DNA of 64,000 bases. Origin: Eledone cirrhosa (taxonomy: Eukaryota). Shown one piece after another: positions 47,301-60,845 of this stretch. A program made the position numbers and the translations under genes. The DNA lies in assembly GCA_964016885.1 (NCBI GenBank), contig OZ024755.1:40610001-40674000 (forward strand). Reading direction: 5' to 3'. The notes under the pieces were generated by a model that was not told where the DNA came from, ran no database searches, and saw only the letters and a list, made by a program, of their open reading frames with translations. Every line of letters begins with the position of its first letter. The first letter of the stretch is position 1.

Positions 47301-50300
47301 GTGTGTGCTAGGTGTGTGCTAGGTGTGTGTGCTAGGTGTGTGCTAGGTGTGTGTGCTAGGTGTGTGCTATGTGTTGTGCTAGGTGTGTGCTAGGTGTGTG
47401 CTAGGTGTGTGTGCTAGGTGTGTGCTAGGTGTGTGTGCTAGGTGTGTGCTAGCTGTGTGTGCTAGGTGTGTGCTAGGTGTGTGCTAAGTGTGTGCTAGGT
47501 GTGTGTGCTAGGTGTGTGTGCTAGGTGTGTGCTAGGTGTGTGCTAGGTGTGTGTGCTAGGTGTGTGCTGGGTGTGTGCTAAGTGTGTGCTAGGTGTGTGT
47601 GCTAGGTGTGTGCTATGTGTGTGCTAAATGTGTGCTAGGTGTGTGTGCTAGGTGTGTGTGCTAGGTGTGTGCTAGGTGTGTGCTAGGTGTGTGTGCTAGG
47701 TGTGTGCTAGGTGTGTGCTAGGTGTGTGCTAGGTGTGTGTGCTAGGTGTGTGTGCTAGGTGTGTGTGCTAGGTGTGTGCTAGGTGTGTGCTAGGTGTGTG
47801 CTAGGTGTGTGTGCTAGGTGTGTGCTAGGTGTGTGCTAGGTGTGTGTGCTAGGTGTGTGCTAGGTGTGTGCTAGGTGTGTGTGCTAGGTGTGTGCTAGGT
47901 GTGTGTGCTAGGTGTGTGTGCTAGCTGTGTGCTAGGTGTGTGTCCTAGGTGTGTGCTAGGTGTGTGTGCTAGGTGTGTGTGCTAGGTGTGTGTGCTAGGT
48001 GTGTGCTAGGTGTGTGTGCTAGGTGTGTTTGCTAGGTGTGTGCTTGGTGTGTGCTAGGTGTGTGTTAGGTGTGTGTGCTAGGTGTGTGTGCTATGTGGGT
48101 GCTAGGTGTGTGTGCTAGGTGTGTGCTAAGTGTGTGCTAGGTGTGTGTGCTAGGTGTGTGTGCTAGGTGTGTGCTAGGTGTGTGTGCTAGGTGTGTGCTA
48201 GCTGTGTGTGCTAGGTGTGTGCTAGGTGTGTGCTAAGTGTGTGCTAGGTGTGTGTGCTAGGTGTGTGTGCTAGGTGTGTGCTAGGTGTGTGCTAGGTGTG
48301 TGTGCTAGGTGTGTGCTAGGTGTGTGCTAGGTGTGTGCTAGGTGTGTGTGCTAGGTGTGTGCTAGGTGTTGTGCTAGGTGTGTGCTAGGTGTATGCTAGG
48401 TGTGTGTGCTAGGTGTGTGCTAGGTGTGTGTGCTAGGTGTGTGCTAGCTGTGTGTGCTAGGTGTGTGCTAGGTGTGTGCTAAGTGTGTGCTAGGTGTGTG
48501 TGCTAGGTGTGTGTGCTAGGTGTGTGCTAGGTGTGTGCTAGGTGTGTGTGCTAGGTGTGTGCTAGGTGTGTGCTAAGTGTATGCTAGGTGTGTGTGCTAG
48601 GTGTGTGTGCTAGGTGTGTGCTAGGTGTGTGCTAGGTGTGTGTGCTAGGTGTGTGCTAGGTGTGTGCTAGGTGTGTGTGCTAGGTGTGTGCTAGGTGTTG
48701 TGCTAGGTGTGTGCTAGGTGTATGCTAGGTGTGTGTGCTAGGTGTGTGCTAGGTGTGTGTGCTAGGTGTGTGCTAGCTGTGTGTGCTAGGTGTGTGCTAG
48801 GTGTGTGCTAAGTGTGTGCTAGGTGTGTGTGCTAGGTGTGTGTGCTAGGTGTGTGCTAGGTGTGTGCTAGGTGTGTGTGCTAGGTGTGTGCTAGCTGTGT
48901 GCTAAGTGTATGCTAGGTGTGTGTGCTAGGTGTGTGTGCTAGGTGTGTGCTAGGTGTGTGCTAGGTGTGTGCTAGGTGTGTGTGCTAGGTGTGTGCTAGG
49001 TGTGTGCTAGGTGTGTGTGCTAGGTGTGTGCTAGGTGTTGTGCTAGGTGTGTGCTAGGTGTGTGCTAGGTGTGTGTGCTAGGTGTGTGCTAGGTGTGTGT
49101 GCTAGGTGTGTGCTAGCTGTGTGTGCTAGGTGTGTGCTAGGTGTGTGCTAAGTGTGTGCTAGGCGTGTGTGCTAGGTGTGTGTGCTAGGTGTGTGCTAGG
49201 TGTGTGCTAGGTGTGTGTGCTAGGTGTGTGCTAGGTGTGTGTGCTAAGTGTATGCTAGGTGTGTGTGCTAGGTGTGTGTGCTAGGTGTGTGTGCTAGGTG
49301 TGTGCTAGGTGTGTGCTAGGTGTGTGTGCTAGGTGTGTGCTAGGTGTGTGTGCTAGGTGTGTGCTAGGTGTGTGTGCTAGGTGTGTGCTAGAGTGTGTGC
49401 TAGGTGTGTGCTAGGTGTGTGCTAGGTGTGTGTGCTAGGTGTGTGCTAGGTGTGTGTGCTAGGTGTGTGCTAGTGTGTGTGCTAGGTGTGTGTGCTAGGT
49501 GTGTGCTAGGTGTGTGCTAGGTGTGTGTGCTAGGTGTGTGTGCTAGGTGTGTGCTAGGTGTGTGCTAGGTGTGTGTGCTAGGTGTGTGTGCTAGGTGTGT
49601 GCTAGGTGTGTGCTAGGTGTGTGTGCTAGGTGTGTGTGCTAGGTGTGTGTAGGTGTGTGCTAGGTGTGTGCTAGGTGTGTGTGCTAGGTGTGTGTGCTAG
49701 GTGTGTGCTAGGTGTGTGCTAGTGTGTGTGCTAGGTGTTGTGTGCTAGGTGTGTGCTAGGTGTGTGCTAGGTGTGTGCTAGGTGTGTGCTAGGTGTGTGT
49801 GCTAGGTGTGTGCTAGGTGTGTGCTAGGTGTGTGCTAGGTGTGTGTGCTAGGTGTGTGTGCTAGGTGTGTGCTAGGTGTGTGCTAGTGTGTGCTAGGTGT
49901 GTGCTAGGTGTGTGTGCTAGGTGTGTGCTAGGTGTGTGTGCTAGGTGTGTGTGCTAGGTGTGTGCTAGGTGTGTGCTAGGTGTGTGCTAGGTGTGTGTGC
50001 TAGGTGTGTTGCTAGGTGTGTGTGCTAGGTGTGTGCTAGTGTGTGTGCTAGGTGTGTGTGCTAGGTGTGTGCTAGGTGTGTGCTAGGTGTGTGCTAGGTG
50101 TGTGTGCTAGGTGTGTGTGCTAGGTGTGTGCTAGGTGTGTGCTAGGTGTGTGCTAGGTGTGTGCTAGGTGTGTGTGCTAGGTGTGTGCTAGGTGTGTGCT
50201 AGGTGTGTGTGCTAGGTGTGTGCTAGGTGTGTGTGCTAGGTGTGTGCTAGGTGTGTGCTAGGTGTGTGCTAGGTGTGTGCTAAGGTGTGTGCTAGGTGTG

Positions 50301-53300
50301 TGTGCTAGGTGTGTGTGCTAGGTGTGTGCTAGGTGTGTGCTAGGTGTGTGTGCTAGGTGTGTGCTAGGGTGTGTGCTAAGTGTGTTGCTAGGTGTGTGTG
50401 CTAGGTGTGTGTGCTAGGTGTGTGTGCTAGGTGTGTGCTAGGTGTGTGCTAGGTGTGTGTGCTAGGTGTGTGCTAGGTGTGTGTGCTAGGTGTGTGCTAG
50501 GTGTGTGTGCTAGGTGTGTGCTAGTGTTGTGCTAAGGTGTGTGCTAGGTGTGTGCTAGGTGTGTGTGCTAGGTGTGTGCTAGGTGTGTGTGCTAGGTGTG
50601 TGCTAGGTGTGTGTGCTAGGTGTGTGCTAGGTGTGTGCTAAGTGTGTGCTAGGTGTGTGTGCTAGGTGTGTGTGCTAGGTGTGTGTGCTAGGTGTGTGCT
50701 AGTGTGTGTGTGTGCTAGGTGTGCTAGTGTGCTAGGTGTGTGCTAGGTTGTGTGCTAGGTGTGTGCTATGTGTGTGCTAGGTGTGTGCTAGGTGTGTGTG
50801 CTAGGTGTGTGTGCTAGGTGTGTGCTAGGTGTGTGCTAGGTGTGTGTGCTAGGTGTGTGCTAGGTGTTGTGCTAGGTGTGTGCTAGGTGTGTGTGCTAGG
50901 TGTGTGTGCTAGGTGTGTGTGCTAGGTGTGTGCTAGGTGTGTGCTAGTGTGTGCTAGGTGTGTGTGCTAGGTGTGTGCTAGGTGTGTGTGCTAGGTGTGT
51001 GTGCTAGGTGTGTGTGCTAGTGTGTGTGCTAGGTGTGTGCTAGTGTGTGCTAGGTGTGTGTGCTAGGTGTGTGTGCTAGGTGTGTGCTAGGTGTGTGCTA
51101 GGTGTGTGTGCTAGGGTGTGTGCTAGGTGTGTGTGCTAGGTGTGTGTGCTAGGTGTGTGCTAGGTGTGTGTGCTAGGTGTGTGTGCTAGGTGTGTGCTAG
51201 GTGTGTGCTAGGTGTGTGCTAGGTGTGTGTGCTAGGTGTGTGTGCTAGGTGTGTGTGCTAGGGTGTGTGCTAGGTGTGTGCTAGTGTGTGCTAGGTGTGT
51301 GCTAGGTGTGTGTGCTAGGTGTGTGCTAGGTGTGTGTGCTAGGTGTGTGCTAGCTGTGTGTGCTAGGTGTGTGCTAGTGTGTGCTAAGTGTGTGCTAGGT
51401 GTGTGTGCTAGGTGTGTGTGCTAGGTGTGTGCTAGGTGTGTGCTAGGTGTGTGTGCTAGGTGTGTGCTAGGTGTGTGCTAGTGTGTGCTAGGTGTGTGTG
51501 CTAGGTGTGTGCTAGGTGTTGTGCTAGGTGTGTGCTAGGTGTTTGCTAGGTGTGTGTGCTAGGTGTGTGCTAGGTGTGTGTGCTAGGTGTGTGCTAGCTG
51601 TGTGTGCTAGGTGTGTGCTAGGTGTGTGCTAGAGTGTGTGCTAGGTGTGTGTGCTAGGTGTGTGTGCTAGGTGTGTGTGCTAGGTGTGTGCTAGGTGTGT
51701 GTGCTAGGTGTGTGCTAGGTGTGTGCTAGGTGTGTGCTAGGTGTGTGTGCTAGGTGTGTGTGCTAGGTGTGTGCTAGGTGTGTGCTAGTGTGTGTGCTAG
51801 GTGTGTGCTAGGTGTGTGCTAGGTGTGTGTGCTAGGTGTGTGCTAGTGTTGTGCTAGGTGTGTGCTAGGTGTGTGCTAGGTGTGTGTGCTAGGTGTGTGC
51901 TAGGTGTGTGTGCTAGGTGTGTGCTAGTGTGTGTGCTAGGTGTGTGCTAGGTGTGTGCTAAGGTGTGTGCTAGGTGTGTGTGCTAGGTGTGTGTGCTAGG
52001 TGTGTGCTAGGTGTGTGTGCTAGGTGTGTGTGCTAGGTGTGTGCTAGGTGTGTGCTAAGGTTGGTGTGTGCTAGGTGTGTGTGCTAGGTGTGTGCTAGGT
52101 GTGTGCTAGGTGTGTGCTAGGTGTGTGTGCTAGGTGTGTGCTAGGTGTGTGCTAGGTGTGTGTGCTAGGTGTGTGCTAGGTGTTGTGCTAGGTGTGTGCT
52201 AGGTGTGTGCTAGGTGTGTGTGCTAGGTGTGTGCTAGGTGTGTGTGCTAGGTGTGTGCTAGGTGTGTGTGCTAGGTGTGTGCTAGGTGTGTGCTAGTGTG
52301 CTAGTGTGTGCTAGGCTGTGTGTGCTAGGTGTGTGCTAGGTGTGTTGCTAGGTGTGTGCTAGGTGTGTGTGCTAGGTGTGTGTGCTAGGTGTGTGCTAGT
52401 GTGTGCTAGGTGTGTGTGCTAGGTGTGTGTGCTAGGTGTGTGTGCTAGGTGTGTGCTAGGTGTGTGCTAGGTGTGTGTGCTAGGTGTGTGCTAGGTGTGT
52501 GTGCTAGGTGTGTGCTAGGTGTGTGTGCTAGGTGTGTGCTAGGTGTGTGCTAGGTGTGTGCTAGGTGTGTGCTAGGTGTGTGTGCTAGGTGTGTGCTAGG
52601 TGTGTGTGCTAGGTGTGTGTGCTAGGTGTGTGCTAGGTGTGTGCTAGGTGTGTGCTAGGTGTGTGTGCTAGGTGTGTGTGCTAGGCTGTGTGTGCTAGGT
52701 GTGTGCTAGGTGTGTGCTAGGTGTGTGTGCTAGGTGTGTGCTAGGGTGTGTGCTAGGTGTGTGCTAGTGTGTGTGCTAGGTGTGTGTGCTAGGTGTGTGC
52801 TAGTGTGCTAGTGTGCTAGGTGTGTGTGCTAGGTGTGTGTGCTAGGTGTGTGCTAGGTGTGTGCTAGGTGTGTGTGCTAGGTGTGTGCTAGGTGTGTGCT
52901 AGGTGTGTGTGCTAGGTGTGTGTGCTAGGTGTGTGTGCTAGGTGTGTGTGCTAGGTGTGTGCTAGGTGTGTGCTAGGTGTGTGCTAGGTGTGTGTGCTAG
53001 GTGTGTGCTAGGGTGTGTGCTAGGTGTGTGTGCTAGGTGTGTGCTAGGTGTGTGTGCTAGGTGTGTGTGCTAGGTGTGTGCTAGGTGTGTGTGCTAGGTG
53101 TGTGTGCTAGCTGTGTGCTAGGTGTGTGCTAGTGTGTGTGCTAGGTGTGTGTGCTAGGTGTGTGTGCTAGGTGTGTGTGCTAGTGTGTGTGCTAGGTGTG
53201 TGTGCTAGGTGTGTTGCTAGGTGTGTGCTAGGTGTGTGCTAGGTGTGTGCTAGGTGTGTGTGCTAGGTGTGTGTGCTAGGTGTGTGCTAGGTGTGTGTGC

Positions 53301-56300
53301 TAGGTGTGTGCTAAGTGTGTGCTAGGTGTGTGTGCTAGGTGTGTGTGCTAGGTGTGTGCTAGGTGTGTGTGCTAGGTGTGTGCTAGCTGTGTGTGCTAGG
53401 TGTGTGCTAGGTGTGTGCTAAAGTGTGTGCTAGGTGTGTGTGCTAGTGTGTGTGCTAGGTGTGTGCTAGGTGTGTGCTAGGTGTGTGTGCTAGGTGTGTG
53501 CTAGGTGTGTGCTAGGTGTGTGCTAGGTGTGTGTGGCTAGGTGTGTGTGCTAGGTGTGTGCTAGGTGTGTGCTAGTGTGTGCTAGGTGTGTGTGCTAGGT
53601 GTGTGTGCTAGGTGTGTGCTAGGTGTGTGCTAGGTGTGTGTGCTAGGTGTGTGCTAGGTGTGTGCTAGGTGTTGTGCTAGGTGTGTGTGCTAGGTGTGTG
53701 TGCTAGGTGTGTGCTAGGTGTGTGCTAGGTGTGTGCTAGGTGTGTGTGCTAGGTGTGTGCTAGTGTGTGTGCTAGGTGTGTGTGCTAGGTGTGTGCTAGG
53801 TGTGTGCTAGGTGTGTGCTAGGTGTGTGTGCTAGGTGTGTGCTAGGTGTGTGCTAGGTGTGTGTGCTAGGTGTGTGTGCTAGTGTGTGCTAGGTGTGCTA
53901 GGTGTGTGCTAGTTGTGTGTGCTAGGTGTGTGTGCTAGGTGTGTGTGCTAGTGTGTGCTAGGTGTTCTAGTGTGTGCTAGGTGTGTGCTAGGTGTGTGTG
54001 CTAGGTGTGTGTGCTAGGTGTGTGCTAGGTGTGTGCTAGGTGTGTGCTAGGTGTGTGCTAGGTGTGTGTGCTATGTGTGTGCTAGGTGTGTGTGCTAGGT
54101 GTGTGCTAGGTGTGTGCTAGGTGTGTGCTAGTGTGTGTGCTAGGTGTGTGTGCTAGGTGTGTGTGCTAGGTGTGTGTGTGCTAGGTGTGTGCTAGGTGTG
54201 TGTGCTAGGTGTGTGCTAGGTGTGTGCTAGGTGTGTGTGCTAGGTGTGTGCTAGGTGTGTGCTAGGTGTGTGCTAGGTGTGTGCTAGGTGTGTGTGCTAG
54301 GTGTGTGCTAGGTGTGTGTGCTAGGTGTGTGTGCTAGGTGTGTGCTAGGTGTGTGCTAGGTGTGTGCTAGGTGTGTGTGCTAGGTGTGTGTGCTAGGTGT
54401 GTGTGCTAGGTGTGTGCTAGGTGTGTGCTAGGTGTGTGCTAGGTGTGTGTGCTAGGTGTGTGCTAGGTGTGTGCTAGGTGTGTGTGCTAGGTGTGTGCTA
54501 GGTGTGTGCTAGGTGTGTGTGCTAGGTGTGTGCTAGGTGTGTGTGCTAGGTGTGTGCTAGGTGTGTGTGCTAGGTGTGTGCTAGTGTGTGTGCTAGGTGT
54601 GTGTGCTAGGTGTGTGCTAAGGTGTGTGCTAGGTGTGTGTGCTAGGTGTGTGTGTGCTAGGTGTGTGCTAGGTGTGTGCTAGGTGTGTGTGCTAGGTGTG
54701 TGTGCTAGGTGTGTGCTAGTGTGTGCTAGGTGTGTGTGCTAGGTGTGTGTGCTAGGTGTGTGCTAGGTGTGTGCTAAGTGTGTGCTAGTGTGTGTGCTAG
54801 GTGTGTGCTAGGTGTGTGTGCTAGGTGTGTGTGCTAGTGTGTGCTAGGTGTGTGTGCTAGGTGTGTGCTAGGTGTGTGCTAGGTGTGTGTGCTAGGTGTG
54901 TGGCTAGGTGTTGTGCTAGGTGTGTGCTAGGTGTGTGCTAGGTGTGTGTGCTAGGTGTGTGCTAGGTGTGTGTGCTAGGTGTTGTGCTAGGTGTGTGTGC
55001 TAGGTGTGTGCTAGGTGTGTGTGCTAGGTGTGTGCTAGGTGTGTGTGCTAGGTGTGTGTGCTAGGTGTGTGCTAGGTGTGTGCTAGGTGTGTGTGCTAGG
55101 TGTGTGCTAGGTGTGTGCTAGGTGTGTGCTAGGTGTGTGTGCTAGGTGTGTGTGCTAGGTGTGTGCTAGGTGTGTGCTAGGTGTGTGTGCTAGGTGTGTG
55201 TGCTAGGTGTGTGCTAGGGTGTGTGCTAGGTGTGTGCTAGGTGTGTGTGCTAGGTGTGTGCTAGGTGTGTGCTAGGTGTGTGCTAGGTGTGTGTGCTAGG
55301 TGTGTGTGCTAGGTGTTGTGTGTGTGCTAGGTGTGTGCTAGCGTGTGTGCTAGGTGTGTGCTAGGTGTGTGTGCTAGGTGTGTGCTAGGTGTGTGCTAGG
55401 TGTGTGTGCTAGGTAGTGTGTGCTAGGTGTGTGCTAGGTGTGTGTGCTAGGTGTGTGCTAGGTGTGTGTGCTAGGTGTGTGTGCTAGGTGTGTGCTAGGA
55501 TGTGTGTGCTAGGTGTGTGCTAGGTGTGTGTGCTAGGTGTGTGCTAGGTGTGTGTGCTAGGTGTGTGCTAGGTGTGTGCTAGGTGTGTGCTAGGTGTGTG
55601 CTAGGTGTGTGCTAGGTGTGTGCTAGGTGTGTGTGCTAGGTGTGTGTGCTAGTGTGTGTGCTAGGTGTGTGTGCTAGGTGTGTGCTAGGTGTGTGCTAGG
55701 TGTGTGTGCTAGGTGTGTGTGCTAGGTGTGTGCTAGGTGTGTGTGCTAGGTGTGTGCTAGGTGTGTGCTAGGTGTGTGTGCTAGGTGTGTGCTAGGTGTG
55801 TGCTAGGTGTGTGTGCTAGGTGTGTGTGCTAGGTGTGTGCTAGGTGTGTGTGCTAGGTGTGTGCTAGGTGTGTGCTAGGTGTGTGTGCTAGGTGTGTGTG
55901 CTAGGTGTGTGCTAGGTGTGTGTGCTAGGGTGTGTGCTAGGTGTGTGCTAGGTGTGTGTGCTAGGTGTGTGTGCTAGGTGTGTGCTAGGGTGTGTGCTAG
56001 GTGTGTGTGCTAGTGTGTGTGCTAGGTGTGTGTGCTAGGTGTGTGCTAGGTGTGTGTGCTAGGTGTTGCTAGTGTGTGCTAGGTGTGTGCTAGGTGTGTG
56101 CTAGGTGTGTGCTAGGTGTGTGCTAGGTGTTGCTAGTGTGTGCTAGGTGTGTGCTAGGTGTGTGGCTAGGTGTGTGCTAGGTGTGTGCTAAGTGTGTGCT
56201 AGGTGTGTGTGCTAGGTGTGTGCTAGGTGTGTGCTAGGTGGTGTGTGTGCTAGGTGTGTGTGCTAGGTGTGTGTGCTAGGTGTGTGCTAGGTGTGTGCTA

Positions 56301-57640
56301 GGTGTGTGTGCTAGGTGTGTGCTAGGTGTGTGCTAGTGTGTGCTAGGTGTGTGCTAGGTGTGTGTGCTAGGTGTGTGTGCTAGGTGTGTGCTAGGTGTTG
56401 TGCTAGGTGTGTGCTAGGTGTGTGTGCTAGGTGTGTGCTAGGGTGTGTGCTAGGTGTGTGTGCTAGTGTGTGTGCTAGGTGTGTGCTAGGTGTGTGCTAG
56501 GTGTGTGCTAGGTGTGTGCTAGGTGTGTGTGCTAGGTGTGTGCTAGGTGTGTGCTAGGTGTGTGTGCTAGGTGTGTGCTAGGTGTGTGCTAGGTGTGTGC
56601 TAGGTGTGTGCTAGGTGTGTGTGCTAGGTGTGTGCTAGGTGTGTGCTAGTGTGTGCTAGGTGTGTGTGCTAGGTGTGTGCTAGGTGTGTGTGTGCTAGGT
56701 GTGTGCTAGGTGTGTGTGCTAGTGTTGTGCTAGGTGTGTGCTAGGTGTGTGCTAGGTGTGTGTGCTAGGTGTGTGTGCTAGGTGTGTGTGCTAGGTGTGT
56801 GCTAGGTGTGTGCTAGGTGTGTGCTAGGTGTGTGTGCTAGGTGTGTTGCTAGTGTGTGTGCTAGGTGTGTGTGCTAGGTGTGTGCTAGGTGTGTGCTAGG
56901 TGTGTGCTAGGTGTGTGTGCTAGGTGTGGTGCTAGGTGTTGTGCTAGGTGTGTGCTAGGTGTTGTGCTAGGTGTGCTTGTGCTAGGTGTGTGCTAGGTGT
57001 GGTGCTAGGTGTGTGCTAGGTTGTGTGTGCTAGGTGTGTGTGCTAGGTGTGTGCTAGTGTGTGCTAGGTGTGTGTGCTAGGTGTGTGTGCTAGGTGTGTG
57101 CTAGGTGTGTGCTAGGTGTGCTTGTGCTAGGTGTTGTGCTAGGTGTGTGCTAAGTGTGTGCTAGGTGTGTGTGCTAGGTGTGTGTGCTAGGTGTGTGCTA
57201 GGTGTGTGCTAGGTGTGTGTGCTAGGTGTGTGTGCTAGGTGTGTGCTAGGTGTGTGCTAGGTGTGTGTGCTAGGTGTGTGCTAGGTGTGTGCTAGGTGTT
57301 GTGCTAGGTGTGTGCTAGGTTGTGTGCTAGGTGTGTGCTAGGTGTGCTTTGTGTGCTAGGTGTGTGCTAGTGTGTGTGCTAGGTGTGTGCTAGGGTGTGT
57401 GCTAGGTGTGTGCTAAGTGTGTGTGCTAGGTGTGTGTGGCTAGGTGTGCTGTGCTAGGTGTGTGCTAGGTGTGTGCTAGGTGTGTGTGCTAGGTGTGTGC
57501 TAAGTGAGTGTGCTAAGTGTATGCTAGGTGTGTGTGCTAGGTGTGTGTGCTAGGTGTGTGCTAGGTGTGTGCTAAGTGTGTGCTAGGTGTGTAGTGTGCT
57601 AGGTGCTGTGCTAGGTGTGTGTGCTAGGGTGTGTGCTAGG
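32378..57640. repeat. 25-kb 11/13-bp satellite GCTAGGTGTGT(GT)
   Basis: Uninterrupted up to the gap; strongly G/T-biased plus strand. Confidence 0.98.
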
Positions 57641-57840
57641 NNNNNNNNNNNNNNNNNNNNNNNNNNNNNNNNNNNNNNNNNNNNNNNNNNNNNNNNNNNN
57701 NNNNNNNNNNNNNNNNNNNNNNNNNNNNNNNNNNNNNNNNNNNNNNNNNNNNNNNNNNNNNNNNNNNNNNNNNNNNNNNNNNNNNNNNNNNNNNNNNNNN
57801 NNNNNNNNNNNNNNNNNNNNNNNNNNNNNNNNNNNNNNNN
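57641..57840. other. Assembly gap (200 N)
   Basis: Run of N. Confidence 1.
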
Positions 57841-57844
57841 GAGA

Positions 57845-57894
<50 letters not shown>

Positions 57895-58016
57895 CAGGTA
57901 AGCGAGAGCTAGACACAGAGAGAGACAGAGAGAGATGACCAGGTAAGCGAGAGTTAGACAGAGAGAGAGAGAGCGAGAGAGAGAGAGAGACATGACCATG
58001 TAAGCGAGAGCTAGAC

Positions 58017-58049
<33 letters not shown>

Positions 58050-58135
58050 GAAGAATTGTAAAAGTCTTATATTTGTGTTCCAGGAATCCTAATTGAAGAT
58101 TTTAGAATGTTTTTGAGAGTGTGACAGACAAAACG

Positions 58136-58317
58136 TCAGAATCGGTAGAGAGTCGGACGCCATGCTTTGTACAAAGAGTTACGGCCCTTTATGGTCTGAG
58201 TTCAAATCCCGCTGAGGTTAACTTTGCCTTTCATCCTTACGGGGTCGATAAAATAAAGTACCAGTAATGCACTGGGTTAATTGCTGGCCTTGTGCCAAAA
58301 GTAGAAACAATTATTAT
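58136..58317 (+). mobile_element. tRNA-derived SINE (copy of 29587-29768)
   Basis: Matches the first copy. Confidence 0.9.
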
Positions 58318-58386
58318 AAATGATTGATTGATTTTCTTCTGTTTCATATAATTTATTTTTTACCGTTCGATAATGATTTGTCCGAA

Positions 58387-58610
58387 GATGGATGTTTACT
58401 CAATGCTGTGATTGAATATCTGTACTAATCGATGGATGTTTACTCAATGCTGTGATTGAATATCTGTACTAATCGATGGATGTTTACTCAATGCTGTGAT
58501 TGAATATCTGTACTAATCGATGGATGTTTACTCAATGCTGTGATTGAATATCTGTACTAATCGATGGATGTTTACTCAATGCTGTGATTGAATATCTGTA
58601 CTAATCGATG
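58387..58610. repeat. 44-bp tandem repeat, 5 copies
   Basis: Same unit as 29838-30371. Confidence 0.97.
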
Positions 58611-58661
58611 ACAGATTTGTTTAAACTTTTAATAATCAACTCATGTTATTAATTAATGCCA

Positions 58662-58798
58662 GGTGGGGGGGGGGGGGCTGTGGTCATGGTGGTGGTTGTG
58701 GTCATGGTGGTGGTGGTGAGGGTGGTGGTGGTGGTGATGGTGATGGTGGTGGTGCTGATGGTGGTGATGGTGGTGCTGATGGTGGTGGTGGTGGTGCT

Positions 58799-58859
<61 letters not shown>

Positions 58860-58930
58860 ATGGTGGTGGTGGTGGTGCTGATGGTGCTGATGGTGGTGGT
58901 GGTGGTGCTGATGGTGGTGGTGGTGGTGCT

Positions 58931-58961
<31 letters not shown>

Positions 58962-59002
58962 ATGGTGGTGGTGGTGGTGCTGATGGTGGTGGTGGTGGTG
59001 CT

Positions 59003-59033
<31 letters not shown>

Positions 59034-59053
59034 ATGGTGGTGGTGGTGGTGCT

Positions 59054-59084
<31 letters not shown>

Positions 59085-59125
59085 ATGGTGGTGGTGGTGG
59101 TGCTGATGGTGGTGGTGGTGGTGCT

Positions 59126-59156
<31 letters not shown>

Positions 59157-59304
59157 ATGGTGGTGGTGGTGGTGCTGATGGTGGTGGTGGTGGTGGTGGT
59201 GGTGGTGCTGATGGTGGTGGTGGTGGTGCTGATGGTGGTGGTGGTGGTGGTAATGGTGGTGATGATGCTGAGGAGGAGGAGGAGGAGGAGGAGGAGGAGG
59301 AGGA
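58662..59304. repeat. Expanded (GGT)n/GCTGAT/(GAG)n microsatellite
   Basis: About three times longer than its counterpart at 30422-30625. Confidence 0.95.
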
Positions 59305-59816
59305 CTATGTAAGTTATCAGGTGTAAACAAAGGAGTGGAAGTTTCAGAGTCATTAGAACATCAAATAGAATGTTCCACGGTGGTCGGTGACTTCACTCTG
59401 AGTTCAAGAACCGCCATTGTCAAGTTGGCCTTTTATTATTCCGGGATCGATAAATAAAGTACCAGTCAATCAGGTAATAATGTTTACTGTAATCACCTGT
59501 TAAATAACCAGGTGTCACTTGAGTATCACCAGGCATGACCAGTGTAGTCACCTGTTAATTAAACCAGATGTCACTTCGGTATAACCAGGTATGACCAGCG
59601 TAGTCACCTGTTAATTAACCAGGTTAATGAAGCAGGTGTAACTTCAATATGACCAGGTATGACCAGTGTAATCACCTGTTACACAGGTAAATTAAGCAGG
59701 TGTCTCAGTTCAAGACACGATATAAGACAGTACTAAAAAGAAACCGAGATATTTATTGTCGTTTGAGAGAAAATATATTAACTAATCTCCTTTATTTTTA
59801 CATCCTGTTCCTAGTT

Positions 59817-59853
59817 CTGGCGATAGCTCAGTTGGTAGAGCGGAGGACTGTAG
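59817..59853 (+). pseudogene. tRNA-Tyr(GTA) 5' half, copy 2
   Basis: Identical to 31138-31174. Confidence 0.8.
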
Positions 59854-59858
59854 TGTAT

Positions 59859-60845
59859 ATGGGACCCGGAATGTCATGTGGAAGCCACTGGCTGATCCCA
59901 AGATTGTGCTCATGCCGCCACTGCACATTAAGTTGGGATTGATGAAGCAGTTTGTGAAGGCTCTCAACCAAGAATCAGCTGCTTTTAAGTAGCTTCTTGA
60001 GTTCTTCCCCAAGTTATCTGAGGCCAAAATCAAAGGTGGAATTGTTGTTGGATCTCAGATAAAGAAGGTGTTTGAGTCTACCAAGTTCTCCAATAAGCTC
60101 AATAGGATTGAGAGAACAGCATGGAACTGTTTCAAGGCCGTTGTTAAGGGCTTCCTGGTTAACTACAGAGCTGAAAACTACCAGCAACTGGTGTAGGATC
60201 TGATAAAGGCTTTTGGCGCCATGGGATGCAGGATGTCGCTTAAATTCCATATACTAGACGCTCACCTGGAAAAATTCAAGGACAATATGGGCGCCTACTC
60301 AGAAGAACAAGGCGAACGATTCACCAAGATGTGAAAGAGATAGGGCGGAGGTACCAGGGCCACTACAATGAAAAAATGATGGGGACTATATCTGGGGGCT
60401 AGTGCGGGAATGCGACCTGGACTACAATCGCAAATCCAGGAAATCCAGTCATTTCTGACGTGTATAAGTTGCTTTATAAGTGTTATTTGTTTTTACTTGT
60501 TTGCTTTTGATAAGCTTGTGTAATAAAATAAATATATACTCTGTTGATTTAATTATATGAACTGATAAATTTTAAAAAAATGTGTTTTTTCTTGAAAAAT
60601 ATGAAAATTTCGAAATATCAAACTCCTGACCACAAACTTCTGATTAAATAATTGTTTCTACTTTTGGCACAAGGCCAGCAATTACCCAGTACATTACTGG
60701 TACTTTATTTTATCGACCCCGTAAGGATGAAAGGCAAAGTTAACCTCGGCGGGATTTGAACCCGAGTGTTTTTTTATAATAATGGGATATAACAAACCAG
60801 GAAATAACACTTAGACACAGGGAACGAAAAATATGTTACACGGTG
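59859..60845 (+). mobile_element. Chapaev3-like transposon fragment, copy 2
   Basis: As 31180-32166, with an extra TAC>TAG stop at 59990-59992. Confidence 0.78.
60647..60766 (-). mobile_element. Nested SINE, copy 2
   Basis: As 31968-32087. Confidence 0.9.

Noticed and set aside
32378-57640. Telomeric array or Cys/Val-rich ORFs
   Set aside because: The unit is not TTAGGG, and the ORFs are short products of indels in the satellite.
58643-59353. Gly-, His-, Thr- and Val-rich ORFs (also 30396-30674)
   Set aside because: Translations of a (GGT)n microsatellite whose length differs between the duplicated blocks.
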